The notes under the pieces were generated by a model that saw only the letters and a program-made list of their open reading frames with translations, did no database searches and was not told the origin of the DNA. The position numbers and the translations under genes were made by a program. A stretch of DNA of 62,583 bases, counting the filler, from Globobulimina sp. (taxonomy: Eukaryota), in NCBI GenBank assembly GCA_003354225.1. It is 24 parts of 24 records of this genome, joined end to end, with 100 filler letters (N's around TTAATTAATTAA, not from the genome) between each part and the next. Parts side by side here need not be neighbours in the genome. Positions count along the whole stretch, not along the records: positions 36,576 to 39,086 come from PIVH01006248.1; positions 39,187 to 41,697 come from PIVH01006249.1; positions 41,798 to 44,308 come from PIVH01006250.1; positions 44,409 to 46,919 come from PIVH01006251.1; positions 47,020 to 49,530 come from PIVH01006252.1; positions 49,631 to 52,141 come from PIVH01006253.1; 18 more parts are not named here. One strand, 5' to 3'. This document shows positions 36,763 to 49,663 of the stretch, piece after piece (the stretch's first letter is position 1; each line of letters begins with the position of its first letter).

Positions 36763-37378
36763 AAAATAACCCTTTTTACTCCAAATCTAATGTAACCCAT
36801 AAACATACGGGAAAATACATACAAATTAATTTGATGATTGACGTGTGTCCGTTCTCCCCATATCACACCGCCTCCAATGGCGCCAGCTATTCATTCATTT
36901 ATTTATTTAGTACACTGTATAAAAATAAATGAAATGAAAACAAACCTAAAAGATGAATGATTGGGAAATGATTATGTGGATATTTTAAAATTCGGCGAAT
37001 GATTACAATCAATAATTTATATAAAAATACATATTTTCCTAAATGCAATGAATGCTCCTTTGTTTTCTTAAATATAATGGATGATAGACCTTCGATAGAT
37101 CGATCAGTGGAGAACAACAATGTCATTACAAAAGCATGGGGTAAACGAATTTTTATTCCATAAATTGCTCCATTACGAAATCCACGAAGTATCGATAATA
37201 TATCTTCTTGGAATGACGGAGTGTTTGATGGTGTTAATATGTCATCTTTCCAATTAATAAATAATGAATTATCAATTTTATCGTTATCTTGTTGTTTGAT
37301 GTCATCCTTTCGTTCTTGTATAGTCTCTAATAAATATTGTGATTCATCGGATTGTGTTATTTCAACCTCGGGTTCCAT
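36763..37378 (-). CDS. PXMP4: Peroxisomal membrane protein 4 (PXMP4/PMP24, Tim17 family); C-terminus missing
   Basis: GFRNGAIYGIKIRLPHAFVMTLLF; after an intron, AGAIGGGVIWGE...VNHQINLYVFSR. Confidence 0.85.
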
Positions 37379-37480
37379 GGTTGATGCACTATGAGTCAAG
37401 CTGCAAAGAAGTAATGTTTTTGCTCTATCAAAATTAAAAGTAACATCATCGATCATTCAACAGACAATTAAACGACATGA

Positions 37481-38620
37481 CAATCAAGCGGAATCGCATT
37501 AGATAAATGGGCAGAAGGTGGTGGTTTACTACATTCGAATATCATCATTGTTTCTATTTGTTTTCTAGTATCATTCTGCTTATTTATTATTCGTTCGTTG
37601 CAGGTTTGGTTAAGAAATAGCGACAATACGGTACATATGCATTATCCACAAAAGACGTTGCAAGCATGTCATCTATTAGCAATGCTTATGAGTTGCTTGT
37701 ATATGGCGTTAAATATCTGGAACTATTTCAATGTATATATCGAGCGCAATGCAATGAATTGTTCGTTATGGTTTACATTAAGTATGATATCGTTAACAAT
37801 GACGAAAATATTTATCTATTCATTTTTAATGTTGCGCTCTTCCTTAGCATTCAGAAATGGTATCTTCAAAATACCCTTAAAAATATCCACATCAATCACC
37901 ATATTTTCCGTAACTGCTCAATTAAGTATGATGACAGTGACATTATCCGATTTCACCACATTCTCACTGCGTCGCAACAATACTTTTTGCTTTCGAAGGT
38001 TTGGTCCCATTGGAACCTTTGGGATCGCAGGCTTTAATATAAGCGCTGGGATTTCTGCCTTTATTGCATTCATAGTATTTTGGAGCAAGTCGAAATTTGT
38101 TAAATCAAAGGTGCTGAATGATGCAGATTTAAACACTGTATTTAATAAACATATTAAGTTGGGAATGTTAATTGTTTTAGGTTCAATATTAATATTTTTC
38201 GCTGGCGAATTTTTAACTGTTTTAATGGACGTTGCTTGTTCTTTGCAGCAATGTTTAGACAATATTTATTTATTTTTATTATTTAAAGAAAACAAGAAAG
38301 TATATAACATGTTTTGTAAATGTGGCCATGGATTTGACAGAAGCTTAAGGAATGTAAGTCGGTCCGAACTAAAATTAGTTGAATTGGTAGTTGAGGCGGA
38401 GTCTGATGTCAAAATGATGCAATTGCAGAGTCAGACCTGTCATGAAAAGAAAGACTCCGGATCCGGAATGAAAACAGTAGCAATTGCAGGCAGTACATCA
38501 ATAACATCATATCGCGATCGACCTCATATCTCATATCTTTCAAAATCATTTTCAAAAATGCCTCAAAGAGGCAAATTGACTCCCATTCAATTAACATTGT
38601 TCGATTATCACACTCAATAA
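37481..38620 (+). CDS. Orphan 7TM/GPCR-like protein
   Basis: TM1 (IIIVSICFLVSFCLFII) lies in frame upstream of the listed ORF; the nearest ATG (37478) is out of frame. Confidence 0.65.
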   Translation, partial: QSSGIALDKWAEGGGLLHSNIIIVSICFLVSFCLFIIRSLQVWLRNSDNTVHMHYPQKTLQACHLLAMLMSCLYMALNIWNYFNVYIERNAMNCSLWFTLSMISLTMTKIFIYSFLMLRSSLAFRNGIFKIPLKISTSITIFSVTAQLSMMTVTLSDFTTFSLRRNNTFCFRRFGPIGTFGIAGFNISAGISAFIAFIVFWSKSKFVKSKVLNDADLNTVFNKHIKLGMLIVLGSILIFFAGEFLTVLMDVACSLQQCLDNIYLFLLFKENKKVYNMFCKCGHGFDRSLRNVSRSELKLVELVVEAESDVKMMQLQSQTCHEKKDSGSGMKTVAIAGSTSITSYRDRPHISYLSKSFSKMPQRGKLTPIQLTLFDYHTQ

Positions 38621-38948
38621 AGAACATATATATTCATATATTCATTTAATTATTTATTTATTTATTTATTTGAGTTTCCGTTGTGTTTGAATTAGTATTT
38701 TTTTGCCTTTTTTGTTGTTTTTTTTGTGACATCATTGGGTAACTAATGTACTGTACAGTTATGGATCTAATTTCATGCTGACCATGTATACAAATTACAA
38801 ACAACTTAAATGGGATTAACTATAAACTATTAATCCGACAGGAATTAATTTATAATTAATTTCATTGTTCGTAAAATTCCTCCTATCACTTTTAAGCTGT
38901 TTTTGTTTAAGCTGTTTTTTTGTTTTAGCTGTTTGTTTTTTAGCAATA

Positions 38949-39086
38949 AAATGTGGGTTGAACATTTGGGGTTTTAAAATTGTGGGTTGAACATTTGAGT
39001 AACATGTTCAACATGTTGTCTAAGAGCTGGCTGCACCAAATCTAATATGCCAGCATTATGCCTGCATGTTGAACAACATGTTTAAC
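38949..39086. repeat. Cluster of direct and inverted GTTGAACAT motifs at contig end
   Basis: TGTGGGTTGAACATTTG x2, inverted ATGTTCAAC, and ATGTTGAAC. Confidence 0.6.
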
Positions 39087-39186
39087 NNNNNNNNNNNNNN
39101 NNNNNNNNNNNNNNNNNNNNNNNNNNNNNNTTAATTAATTAANNNNNNNNNNNNNNNNNNNNNNNNNNNNNNNNNNNNNNNNNNNN

Positions 39187-40290
39187 AATGAGCAAGTATT
39201 TATTTCGCATCTATCCACATTAAAAGTGTTAAATAATCGTCAAGTAAAAATCCAAAAGAAAGAAGAAAAAACCTCGTCATTCCAATACAGTGATGGCAAA
39301 GTTATCGCATTCAATCAGACATTTGATACATTAAAAAGTAGACATTCAACATATGACGCTACGGAACTATCAAATATTTTATTGGAGAAAAGTATGAATA
39401 TCACACAAAAACGACACGATGCATACAACACATATTTGAACAAAGCTTATAGTTTTCAGAAAATGGAAATTGATGAGAACCATACAAAGCCATTTATGTA
39501 TATTCCAGCAAAAGATATGAAGACAAAGGTTGAGGATGAAACGTTTCGATTTAATCTCCGGAATGAAATTATTGATTTCTTTAAAATACATGACACGAAT
39601 AAAAAAGAAATGGATTCTAATCAGATCCGAGAATATATAGAGAGCAATGCGTTTTCTTCAAAATATAAATTGTGTGAAAACAGTAAAGCAAATATTTTGA
39701 GTAAATTCTATTTTGATGTTAAACAAAGCAAAATCGATGAATTGGTGCAAGAACAAGTTGGTGAAAATAAAACAGATGAAATGAGTGGCGAAGACATTGA
39801 GAAATTGAAGGAAGAGAAAGAAATTGAACTAAAAAAAAGAATCGAGGAAGAAAAACAAATTGAAATATCGGAAAAAAGGAAATTATTAAAAATGTCACAT
39901 CAAGAATTGTTGGCTGAATTGTTGGATAAAAAACAGGTAAAATGGCTGCTGCAATCTCAACAAAATCGGGAAACGGATGCAAATAAATTGTATAAGCAGT
40001 CATTGGAGCTACTGAATGATAGAAATGAGAAAGGTATTGAAAAAATTACAAAAGAGCAACAATCCGAAATATTTAATAGTTATTTGAAAGCTCAATCAAT
40101 TTATACAAAAACACAAAATAAAAAAACACAGCCAATCAAAACACAAAAATCACACAAACTAAGTGTTACTCACCAATTATTAAATTCCATTGAAAATTCA
40201 AATCCTAACTTCAAGAAACGAGATTTTTTTAAAAATACATTGTATAATGATGATAATAATATTGTTGCACAAAAAATGCATTATTTTTAA
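39187..40290 (+). CDS. Hypothetical K/E-rich coiled-coil protein (5' partial)
   Basis: Long open frame from near the contig start. Confidence 0.6.
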   Translation, partial: NEQVFISHLSTLKVLNNRQVKIQKKEEKTSSFQYSDGKVIAFNQTFDTLKSRHSTYDATELSNILLEKSMNITQKRHDAYNTYLNKAYSFQKMEIDENHTKPFMYIPAKDMKTKVEDETFRFNLRNEIIDFFKIHDTNKKEMDSNQIREYIESNAFSSKYKLCENSKANILSKFYFDVKQSKIDELVQEQVGENKTDEMSGEDIEKLKEEKEIELKKRIEEEKQIEISEKRKLLKMSHQELLAELLDKKQVKWLLQSQQNRETDANKLYKQSLELLNDRNEKGIEKITKEQQSEIFNSYLKAQSIYTKTQNKKTQPIKTQKSHKLSVTHQLLNSIENSNPNFKKRDFFKNTLYNDDNNIVAQKMHYF

Positions 40291-40433
40291 TTTATGCACC
40301 ACTTTTTATTCAACAGCATTGCATCCGTCTGGTTTTATTACATTTATGTAACATTATTGCGTTATGTCAAGCCTAACTGGTGAGATGTTAGATATTGAAA
40401 GTTTTCTTGAAGTCTTCGTAACTTAGAATAGTG

Positions 40434-41432
40434 ATGGAAACTGAAAGCAAAAATGAACCCTATCAATCCCCTACTGATGTTTCTGTATTACAGCGATCAA
40501 CAGTTATTGGTATCGCGTTGCTGATATTCGCAGTAACAAAACTGCCATTAGTTACGGGACAATTGGCCAAATGGAATGTAAGAGAGCAAGATTGTAATGA
40601 ATTATGTGAATATCACCTCTGTTTTGACGTTTGTGATGATACAGATCAATTTCTTGCAGCATATAGTGTAATGGAGGTTGGCTTAGCGTTAATTATTGTA
40701 TTTAGTATTGGTGCGTTGGCCAAACCTGCCATAGATTGGATGGAATGCAACGATAACTGTTCCATTCTTGGTGCTGTTTTCATGGCTGGCTTAGTGTTTG
40801 GTGGATTATTTTACATGATGGGATATTGGATAATTATGGATTATTTAATAAAACTTCCAAACGATAGTCTTCCCACAAAATATAATGTCAACGATGTATG
40901 GAATTGGAGTTTATCAGTAATATTTTGTGAATTTTATTTAGGAGGAATTACTGCAATTATTTATGGAATTGATTGTTTAATAAAAATTTTGGATAATAAA
41001 CAGCAGCAAATGGTATTTGTAATATTATCTCAATTATCATTGATAAGTTTAGTATGTTTTATGGGCTATGCACGAATGGCGCATTTTAGATATAAAACAT
41101 TGGCAAACAATGGCGATTTATGGCAATTTCCATTGATTGCAAGTGGTTATCTATTAATATTAGTTTGTTGTATATTATATGGTTTATTTTACAAATATGA
41201 AGTACCAAATCTTGTTATGAATATTATCAGCAGATTATTGGTTATTGGTGCAATATTTGCAGCAATTGGCTATTTGGGCGAGTTTAATGATCCTGGAGAC
41301 CATACATATAATTCTTGGACCACTGCTTATTGTTTATTGCTCATTGCATTATGCAGTTTCTGTGCTTATTATATGTTTAATTGCAAACAAAAAACAAAGG
41401 TTTATGGTTCAGTGTCAAAGCAAGAGGACTAA
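40434..41432 (+). CDS. Multi-pass membrane protein of unknown family
   Basis: About 8 hydrophobic segments; Cys-rich first loop. Confidence 0.7.
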   Translation: METESKNEPYQSPTDVSVLQRSTVIGIALLIFAVTKLPLVTGQLAKWNVREQDCNELCEYHLCFDVCDDTDQFLAAYSVMEVGLALIIVFSIGALAKPAIDWMECNDNCSILGAVFMAGLVFGGLFYMMGYWIIMDYLIKLPNDSLPTKYNVNDVWNWSLSVIFCEFYLGGITAIIYGIDCLIKILDNKQQQMVFVILSQLSLISLVCFMGYARMAHFRYKTLANNGDLWQFPLIASGYLLILVCCILYGLFYKYEVPNLVMNIISRLLVIGAIFAAIGYLGEFNDPGDHTYNSWTTAYCLLLIALCSFCAYYMFNCKQKTKVYGSVSKQED

Positions 41433-41630
41433 TGTTTAAAAATACCATTGATTACATATTAATTTATTATTAAATAATAACAATCAAAATCCGATGTTTG
41501 TTGAAGATGTTTTTTATTGTGAACTTTGTTTGGCAATATGTAAAATAAGCATACAAATCGTGTTAATTTGTTATGTAAATAAGCATCGGGTATCTGACAA
41601 TATGTGGGTTTGTTTTTGAAAAAGAACATA

Positions 41631-41695
41631 CTTGACTTTTTAGGCTTAAACTTCTAAACACTTCTTTTGTGATTGGCAAGGTTTTTGGGTTAGCT
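41631..41695. repeat. Terminal copy of foldback/MITE family A
   Basis: 64 nt identical to 62518-62581; diverged homolog at 57199-57270. Confidence 0.9.
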
Positions 41696-41797
41696 GTNNN
41701 NNNNNNNNNNNNNNNNNNNNNNNNNNNNNNNNNNNNNNNNNTTAATTAATTAANNNNNNNNNNNNNNNNNNNNNNNNNNNNNNNNNNNNNNNNNNNN

Positions 41798-44308
41798 ATG
41801 TTGGAATATTTGGAAACTAAATATAAGTTGAAACGGGATATCAGCGATGTTGAAGTGTACGATATTGATGTCTATCATACCCGTTTTCAGAAAATCATTG
41901 AAACCCAACCGAATTTGACTGTGGTTGATGTGAAACGATTGTTGCAAATGGGATATAAATTGGTTTATTCGGGTGCAAAACCACAGCAATGTTTGTACCA
42001 AGCTACGAGAAATAGTACATTGCCGTTTGATGTGTTTGAATTTTTATTGGATGCTGTCGTTGATTTATTGGAGCAGGAAAATGAAAATAAAAATGATTCC
42101 GATGAAAAGAAGGAGGCAGTTCCGATTGAATTAGATTATCAAATATTTAATCGCTGGATACAGAAAAATGAAAATATTACTTTTCAACAAATCGAAACCT
42201 TGATTGAAAAGTATGGTTTTTCTCCATTTAAATCCGATGATAACGATAATTGTTCGATATTTCAAATTTGGAAGAGAAACAATGTCGATTTGGAGGTAAT
42301 GTATAAATATTGGAAAAGTTATGGCGAGCCGAAATTTGCCAAATATGAAGGATTATATCAAGGCTTTTTATATGATGTGTTAGAACATAAAGAATTGACT
42401 GATATAAAGCAGATAAAATTTTTAGAGGAAATATTTAAAGCACATATTTTCGAAAAGGATAAAAAAACTGGGAATAATATAATTCATTATTACTGCAAGA
42501 ATACGAAATTAAATATGGAGATATTAAAGTATCTCTGTACACAATACAAAGATTTATTGGATGAAACAAATAAAAAAGACCACCATGCATTGCATGTGTT
42601 GTGTCAGAATAACAAATTAAAAATTGAATATTTAATCTACTTTGTGCAGGAATTGAAAGTCCGAATGGACATTAAAACGCATGCTGGCTGGCAGCCGTTC
42701 CAAGCGTTGCATTATTTGATTGATAACGAAGCAGTAAAATGGAAAAGAAGTGATGTTAAAATCATGCTCGATACGCTAAATATTGACTTCATGACCAGGC
42801 GATCGGGCGAATTTATTGTGTATCGATTATCGCATTTAAATAATTTCACCACGCAAGCATTGATATATTTGTACAGACGATATCCGTTTAACACATCTGA
42901 GAATGTGCCAGATTTAAATGATATGAAATCAAAGAAACAGGAAATTTATTGGGGGAGAAATGCCGGCGGTGCTGGTATATTGGCCAATATATTAAAACGG
43001 AAAACAAAAATCACACCGCGACAGATTGAAAGTTTAGTTGGTAAACACATTGGTTTACATATAACCGCGAAAGACAATGATAACAAATCTGTGCTACATT
43101 ATGCTGCCACTAAACGATTAACGGCACCCATTTTAAGGAAAATTGGTGATTTAATGAAGGCTGCTTTGGAGGAGAAAAAAGATCAATTTGTGATTGATAT
43201 GCCGGATAAATCGGGCGCCACACCTTTCCAATTATGGTTAGCTGCGGTAAAAACACGTGTTGTTAATCACAGAGATGTGGTGCAAGTGTGGGAGGAGTTA
43301 GGTGCAGATATTACGCAATCAGAGAATGGCAGTTCGTTTAATATGTTGCATCATTATTTGAGCGGCAGTTTCTGGCACATTCAACTATCATATTTGCGGA
43401 AAATGTGTTTTGATGAAGCAAATCCATGGAAGCAGCACGAGAAGAAAGTTAAACGTAAAGTTGGTGCCGCAGAAGATGATGGAACTAAAAAAAAAGTTAT
43501 TGGCAAATATCAGATACCATTACATGTCCGACCCATACCCAATAATATGACATTAGCCAATATATATACAACCAATGCAGTGAAATGCAATGAAACTATA
43601 AATATTAATTTAATTCAATATTTTCGAGGCAAAGAAGAGATAAGATTTGATTTAGAGGGCCAAGAGTCGGTGTTATGGATATATTTGAAAGATAAATATC
43701 TAAATTTAAACGTGATAAAATATTTAATCGAGACATTGAAATGTGAGGTCGAACCGCCTTCTGATAACATCGCAATGCGATATATGGAATTTCAAAGTGA
43801 GAGGGATTGCATTGATTGGGATATTTTAGATTATTTCCATGATGAGTTGCAAATTGATTTTACATTCAAGCAAAACTATTACATTACCATTCTACACAAA
43901 TATGCGCAGAAAACAAAGCGATTCGATTGCGACGAGTTTAAGGAATTGATCAATAGATACGGATTGAAACATATTTTAATTGAAAAGGGCTCCACTGAGC
44001 CAACTGCAGCGGGCATATTTTATGATCATCGCCGCGCTGAGATCAGACCAGAAATTATTAAACTTTTTGACGAATTGGGATATGATATAAACGAACCTAT
44101 CAATAATATAACACCGATACAAAATTATTGTGACTTATCACCTGGACATTACATTATACCATCCATTGTAGAATCGTTTGTAACTGATGGTGGGGCGCGG
44201 TTTGATAAATATATCGGCAAAAAAGACACACAAACAGTGGCGCAATTGATTGTGAATAGCGATGCCAAAGTCAGTTATAATAAATTGAAAACACTAAAAA
44301 TGATGATT
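41798..44308 (+). CDS. Ankyrin-repeat protein (partial at both ends)
   Basis: KDKKTGNNIIHYYC, NKKDHHALHVLCQN, KDNDNKSVLHYAA, DKSGATPF. Confidence 0.8.
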
Positions 44309-44408
44309 NNNNNNNNNNNNNNNNNNNNNNNNNNNNNNNNNNNNNNNNNNNNTTAATTAATTAANNNNNNNNNNNNNNNNNNNNNNNNNNNNNNNNNNNN
44401 NNNNNNNN

Positions 44409-46231
44409 AAATATTATAAGTTTTGTTGCAATCTTATAATTACGCAGAAAACTCCGGAACATATCAAATGTTGATCAATATGGGCTTTCCATTGCAACAA
44501 TCAAAGTCTGCAGCCAAAATATATTTAAATGACATTGAAGCAGCGGTGGTATATTGTTCTGATCATATATCAGATGTATCATTGAGCATTGACACTATTT
44601 TTCATTACGATGAAGGAACACAAGGTGCCAATTTTAAGAAATGTTGTGATTTATTACAGATATCTTACCCGAATTTCCTGTCATTGTTCGTCTCATGGTT
44701 TAGTGAGGAAGAATTTGAGGACGATCAGTTATTGGATGAATTTATTGATAACACGGATTATTCTGAAAGCTTCTTCATTCAATACATTCAAGATATTGCG
44801 CAAGAAAATGAAATTATTGCATTCAACGACGAGTTGGCAATGCGATTATTTTCGGATTTATCCGATGCAATAATTTCACATATGCCACATTTCAAAAATA
44901 CACGAGAATCGATATCAATTGGCTATGCACATATATTCGAACCAATATTAATTATTGGATACATTCGAGAAATCAGAAATTTCCTGCAAGCAAAACATAA
45001 ATATAAATATAAAATATTTACAGAGATTCCTGATGGATTATGTGTGCTTTGTCACGCTTATTATCCGAAATTTGAGCATAATATCATTAATATCGATATG
45101 GATTTATGTCATAATTCAAATTTAATATCATATGCGACATCATTGTTTCCTTCGCAAACTGAAGATTGTGTACATTCTGTTGCTTCTTTGCATATTATTG
45201 GTAAAAACAACAATGTGCCGTTATTAACGTATTTAATTGATGCGTACAATCGATATCGTATTGAATTATCCACACAAACTCGACTGAGAGTTAAGAAACG
45301 TTTTAAGCATAAACCACGAAGTTTATACAAATACGAATCCACACATAAGTTCATTGTGATATCAATCAAATCATTTATAAATAAGATTTGTGTCGCATGT
45401 AATGAGTGTCCGCCATCATTTAAAAATATTTGTATAAAATCTATGGAATATTTAACAAGTTTTGCTGGATTTAGTCAAGCGACTGCCAAATGTCAATCAA
45501 TTTATCGCATTGACGATTCTTTACTTGGTTTTGCTAATAATATATTTGAAACGTATTCATTTGTAGATAAATATATAAATAACACCGATTATACATCACT
45601 GCCCTGCCAGTTTGACCTAGTTATTATTCCCAGCAATGTTTGTGATGATGATAATGGTGAAAATGTGCTCTTTGACTGTAATATCCGGCATATATTGACA
45701 GACGAAAACGTAGCATTTGTCTGTACAAAATTTGGAATGAGTCCAAATATCAACCAGATGGAAACGATGGTAAATAAATTAATTGGAAACAAAAAAAATC
45801 AGCGATGCTGTATGTTGATTGATCGTAGAAATAATGAAATGTTTGTGTATCAAACCGGGCATAAAAATGATACAATAAATGTAGCACAGTTTGTGAATGA
45901 ATCATTATTTGATAATTCGATGAATTGTTTAATACCCGGTTTGTGCGGATGTATGGACAGTTTAAATGGATATTTGTTCAGTTTGTCATTTCATATTATT
46001 TCCAGATATGAAGTGCGAGTCTATTTAAATTTGGATGGCTTCATTTCAAGGTTTTTTATCTCGGATTTGAACTTATATTTACCGCAATTCTTTAAAGAGA
46101 ATAATGTAAATTACGAATCTGCTGAATTTAAAAGTAAATTTCAAAAAACTAAACAAATATTATCAGATTCAAAATTTGATGAATTCTATAAATTAATTTT
46201 AATGGATGACTCAGAATCGCCATATTCATAA
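44409..46231 (+). CDS. UBA-domain-containing hypothetical protein
   Basis: YQMLINMGFP..QSKSAA......IEAAVVY (UBA) followed by an uncharacterised ~500-aa region. Confidence 0.7.
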
Positions 46232-46508
46232 AAAATATTCAGTTGTATTTATATATTCATTGGAATTAGTATTAATTGTATTAACTGTAAATTTTTGTCT
46301 ACTACCAATTTCTTGTATATATATATACTAATTTTATTTTTCTTTTTTTTAGATCAATTAACGTTTGTATGTTATCAAAAAATGTGCGAGAAACGAAGAT
46401 GTTGATTAGTTTCGGAATAGCCGGAAACGAAAACTGCAAAGTTACTAAATAGTTAATATGGTGTATATATTTATTGACATGAATGAAATGAATGCTTGTG
46501 TCAATTCC

Positions 46509-46610
46509 AAGAGCATCCGGTTTTCAGCATATTTTTATTGTCGAAGCTAACCGTTTCTAGTGACTGCCTTCGTTTCTCAGAAACAATAAAAATCTGAACA
46601 TGATGCTCTT
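46509..46610. mobile_element. ~100-bp MITE-like element, family B
   Basis: Ends AAGAGCATC.../...GATGCTCTT; subterminal ATTTTTATTGT/ACAATAAAAAT; right half shared with 57481-57534. Confidence 0.7.
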
Positions 46611-47304
46611 TGTAGTGTGTATGTGCTGTTGAAAGTCCCATTCAATAATATCCAATATATCTCCACCAAATAGTCCATAACTTTGTATACTAATAACTTG
46701 GGCCGTATCCTATGGTAAAAGTCCATAGGAGTTAGGGTCGAAAACAAAAAATTGCCGTGCTCTCAAACGAGTCCGGTAAGGTATATGTTTGATACCTAAT
46801 AATATGCCCTTGTGCCATGTTATCCATGTTTATATGAAAAAATCAGGGGGGGAAATATTAAAATATGGGAGTTGTTTACATTGTTTACATGCGCGCCGCA
46901 GCTTTTAAAATTGACATTGNNNNNNNNNNNNNNNNNNNNNNNNNNNNNNNNNNNNNNNNNNNNTTAATTAATTAANNNNNNNNNNNNNNNNNNNNNNNNN
47001 NNNNNNNNNNNNNNNNNNNGTCCTTTTGCTTCTTGCTCTGTCAGTGGTTGATTGGAGGAATTTGAATTTTGTTGCATTTGCGCTGAAGTATTATTATAAT
47101 TAAATGATTATTGGTTTTTGTTAAAAGTAAATCATTGCAAAAGAAAGAAATTTCTCTGTTGATACTTATTACTTAACACAATTTTCTTTTGTGTGAGTTG
47201 GTATTGTTGGACATACAATGATTTGATAACGTTTGAGAGTACTAATCGCTTCTGTAACGCAAGGATGATTTCCAAGGTTAGGGTTTTTTACTTGAAAACA
47301 AACA

Positions 47305-48015
47305 ATGGGCTCTAAACCAAGTCAAACGGTTGAATCTGAATCCGCTGTGCAAGTGCGGCTCATTAATGATATGGTGCAGCCAATACAAAAAGTAAAATAT
47401 GATTCATATATAGAATCAACAGAACTCGTCCTTATTTTTATCAGAACAAACTATGAAGATAAATTCAATAGAATTGTACCAACGGCATTGATCAAAATTA
47501 TTACTAATTATTTTATTCAAAAAGAACATTTTGAAACATTTGATAAAGATGTATTAACATTGGACCTCGCAAATAATATTATTAAAATGAATAATAACAA
47601 GAAACGAACGACAATTTATGCGCATGTTGTTGTTGATAAAACGAAACCAATGATATATTCATGGACTCTAAAGATTATACAATGTCACTACGGAACTGGG
47701 TCGGCATCGAATGACATTTATATTGGAATTGATGATGCAAACAAAAAGAAATCGAACATATTTAAATTTACTGGCATGTTCTGTGGATATGGTCGACAAA
47801 TGTATGGCGAAAACTATTTTGTCAATGACGAAATAAGAGTGGATATGAATTGTGACACAAAAAACGTTACTTATTATAGGAATGAGGAACGGCTTTGTTG
47901 TAGAGATATTTCATGCGATTTTGATACGGTGAACGCATTTTGTTTGTCCGTCAGTTTGAGTTCTGCTGGTGATGTTGTTCAAATCATCGATTTTTCTGCC
48001 AAACGTTTGTATTGA
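47305..48015 (+). CDS. Putatively N-myristoylated SPRY-like protein
   Basis: MGSKPS start; IYSWTLKI...IYIGI...DEIRVDMN...VTYYRNE. Confidence 0.6.
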   Translation: MGSKPSQTVESESAVQVRLINDMVQPIQKVKYDSYIESTELVLIFIRTNYEDKFNRIVPTALIKIITNYFIQKEHFETFDKDVLTLDLANNIIKMNNNKKRTTIYAHVVVDKTKPMIYSWTLKIIQCHYGTGSASNDIYIGIDDANKKKSNIFKFTGMFCGYGRQMYGENYFVNDEIRVDMNCDTKNVTYYRNEERLCCRDISCDFDTVNAFCLSVSLSSAGDVVQIIDFSAKRLY

Positions 48016-48061
48016 TTTACAATTTTCACAACTTCAAATTTACAAAACTCTCAAGTCATGC

Positions 48062-49530
48062 ATGGCATCTAAAAGTTTTAGAAGGCTTCCCTCCTTACCA
48101 AGTGAAAGCGAGACACCACGTACAAAAAGTCCACGTCTGTCAATACTGAATGAATCACCTACAAATTCCTATCAATCACATGTTCGGACAGATAGAGCAT
48201 ATACTTGTTTCTATATCTTGTGCACTGCACAAATCAATTTTTGTTTCTGTTGTATATTTCATAATTTTAATAATTTTTTAAAGAGATCTCCAGAACGCAG
48301 CCAGACAAACAAGAACAAATTCAACCGTAATGAATCCTCAATATTGAGTAGCAAATTTAAACGAGAAAGAGGCATAAAAAATGACATTGATTTGGAATTA
48401 ATGGATGACAATGATCCGACAGATAATATAGAAAAATCTTTCTCAGCTCAATCAAAAAAGCATCAATCATTAGATTCGATTAACGAAACAAGCAGAGAAC
48501 AAAAACAAATTTCGGGAAAACTGATTCCTACAACTTTATTAAACCCAAATGCATCATATTCAAAACTTGTTGACGAAGAGCACGATGACGATGACGATGA
48601 CGATGACTATGACTATAATGAAACTGAGGAGACTCATATATTGACGACAAACATCAACGATACCACCACAGTGTTATCCAACAAACGCAGAAAAGTATTT
48701 CGTCGAACCCGAAGCGCTCCAAAAACGATGGTCGACGGTAAGTTTGTAGCTGTAGCTGATGCATCATAGGGCGGCCATTGCAATGAAACTACAGCAATAT
48801 CAATGTCCGCCACTACAAAAAGCAAACTATCGAATAAACCATGCATAAAGCAAAGGGCTGCAGCATTATCAACATTGACCAGCAAATTTTCATCGAATGT
48901 ATCTGAATACTCAATGAAGGACGAATTAAATTTGCAACAGATAATCATGAATGCAACAGCAGAGATGCATGCATCTGTGGCCTCGCCACAAACCATAAGC
49001 AAGACAAGCAAGACAGAATTAAGTGGAGAAGGTGCATTAGCAGCGGATGAGGAACAATCGGATTTGAAACAAAAGCAAAAACGGAATGAGACTATAAATG
49101 GATTTGAATTTTATTTTAAACTGAGAAATATGATGTCTTTGTTGACATTGACAGGCATTGGAACTATGCAAGTTGTGTATTATAGGTATTATTATTTATG
49201 TGTGTTGTTTACCGGAATGACATGTTTGTTCTATTTTGCTTTGTTTGTTCCGATGGTATTTCGTAACTTAAGTGAGAGTGATTGGTGTTCCTTCAGTTTG
49301 ATTGTAATTCGATTGTTTCATATCGTCAGTTTGTTGTTAATATTTGGCGGAGTTGAAACGTGTTTGTGGCATTATGAAAGAGCTATGGATGAAATAAATA
49401 ATGAGTATGACAGAGACCTGGATAGTTACGGTGGATTATTATGGATGTTTATTATTGTTGCGATGGTTCTGTGTTATTTGCAAAATGTTTATGTTATTAA
49501 ATACGTCGAATATATTGTTGTAAAATGGAA
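48062..49530 (+). CDS. Membrane protein with long disordered N-terminus (3' partial)
   Basis: Introns about 48182-48283 and 48738-48794 join the ORFs; four TM segments before the contig end. Confidence 0.6.
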
Positions 49531-49663
49531 NNNNNNNNNNNNNNNNNNNNNNNNNNNNNNNNNNNNNNNNNNNNTTAATTAATTAANNNNNNNNNNNNNN
49601 NNNNNNNNNNNNNNNNNNNNNNNNNNNNNNGATGAGATAGGGTTGGATGACGAGGATTAATTT

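Noticed and set aside
41680..41697. Telomeric repeat (GGGTTAG) at contig ends
   Set aside because: Only one unit, embedded in the inverted-repeat family arm; no tandem array.
48738..48803. TAG readthrough or alternative genetic code between two in-frame ORFs
   Set aside because: A 57-nt GTAAGT...CTACAG intron (48738-48794) removes the stop in frame; TAA, TAG and TGA all end genes elsewhere in the window.
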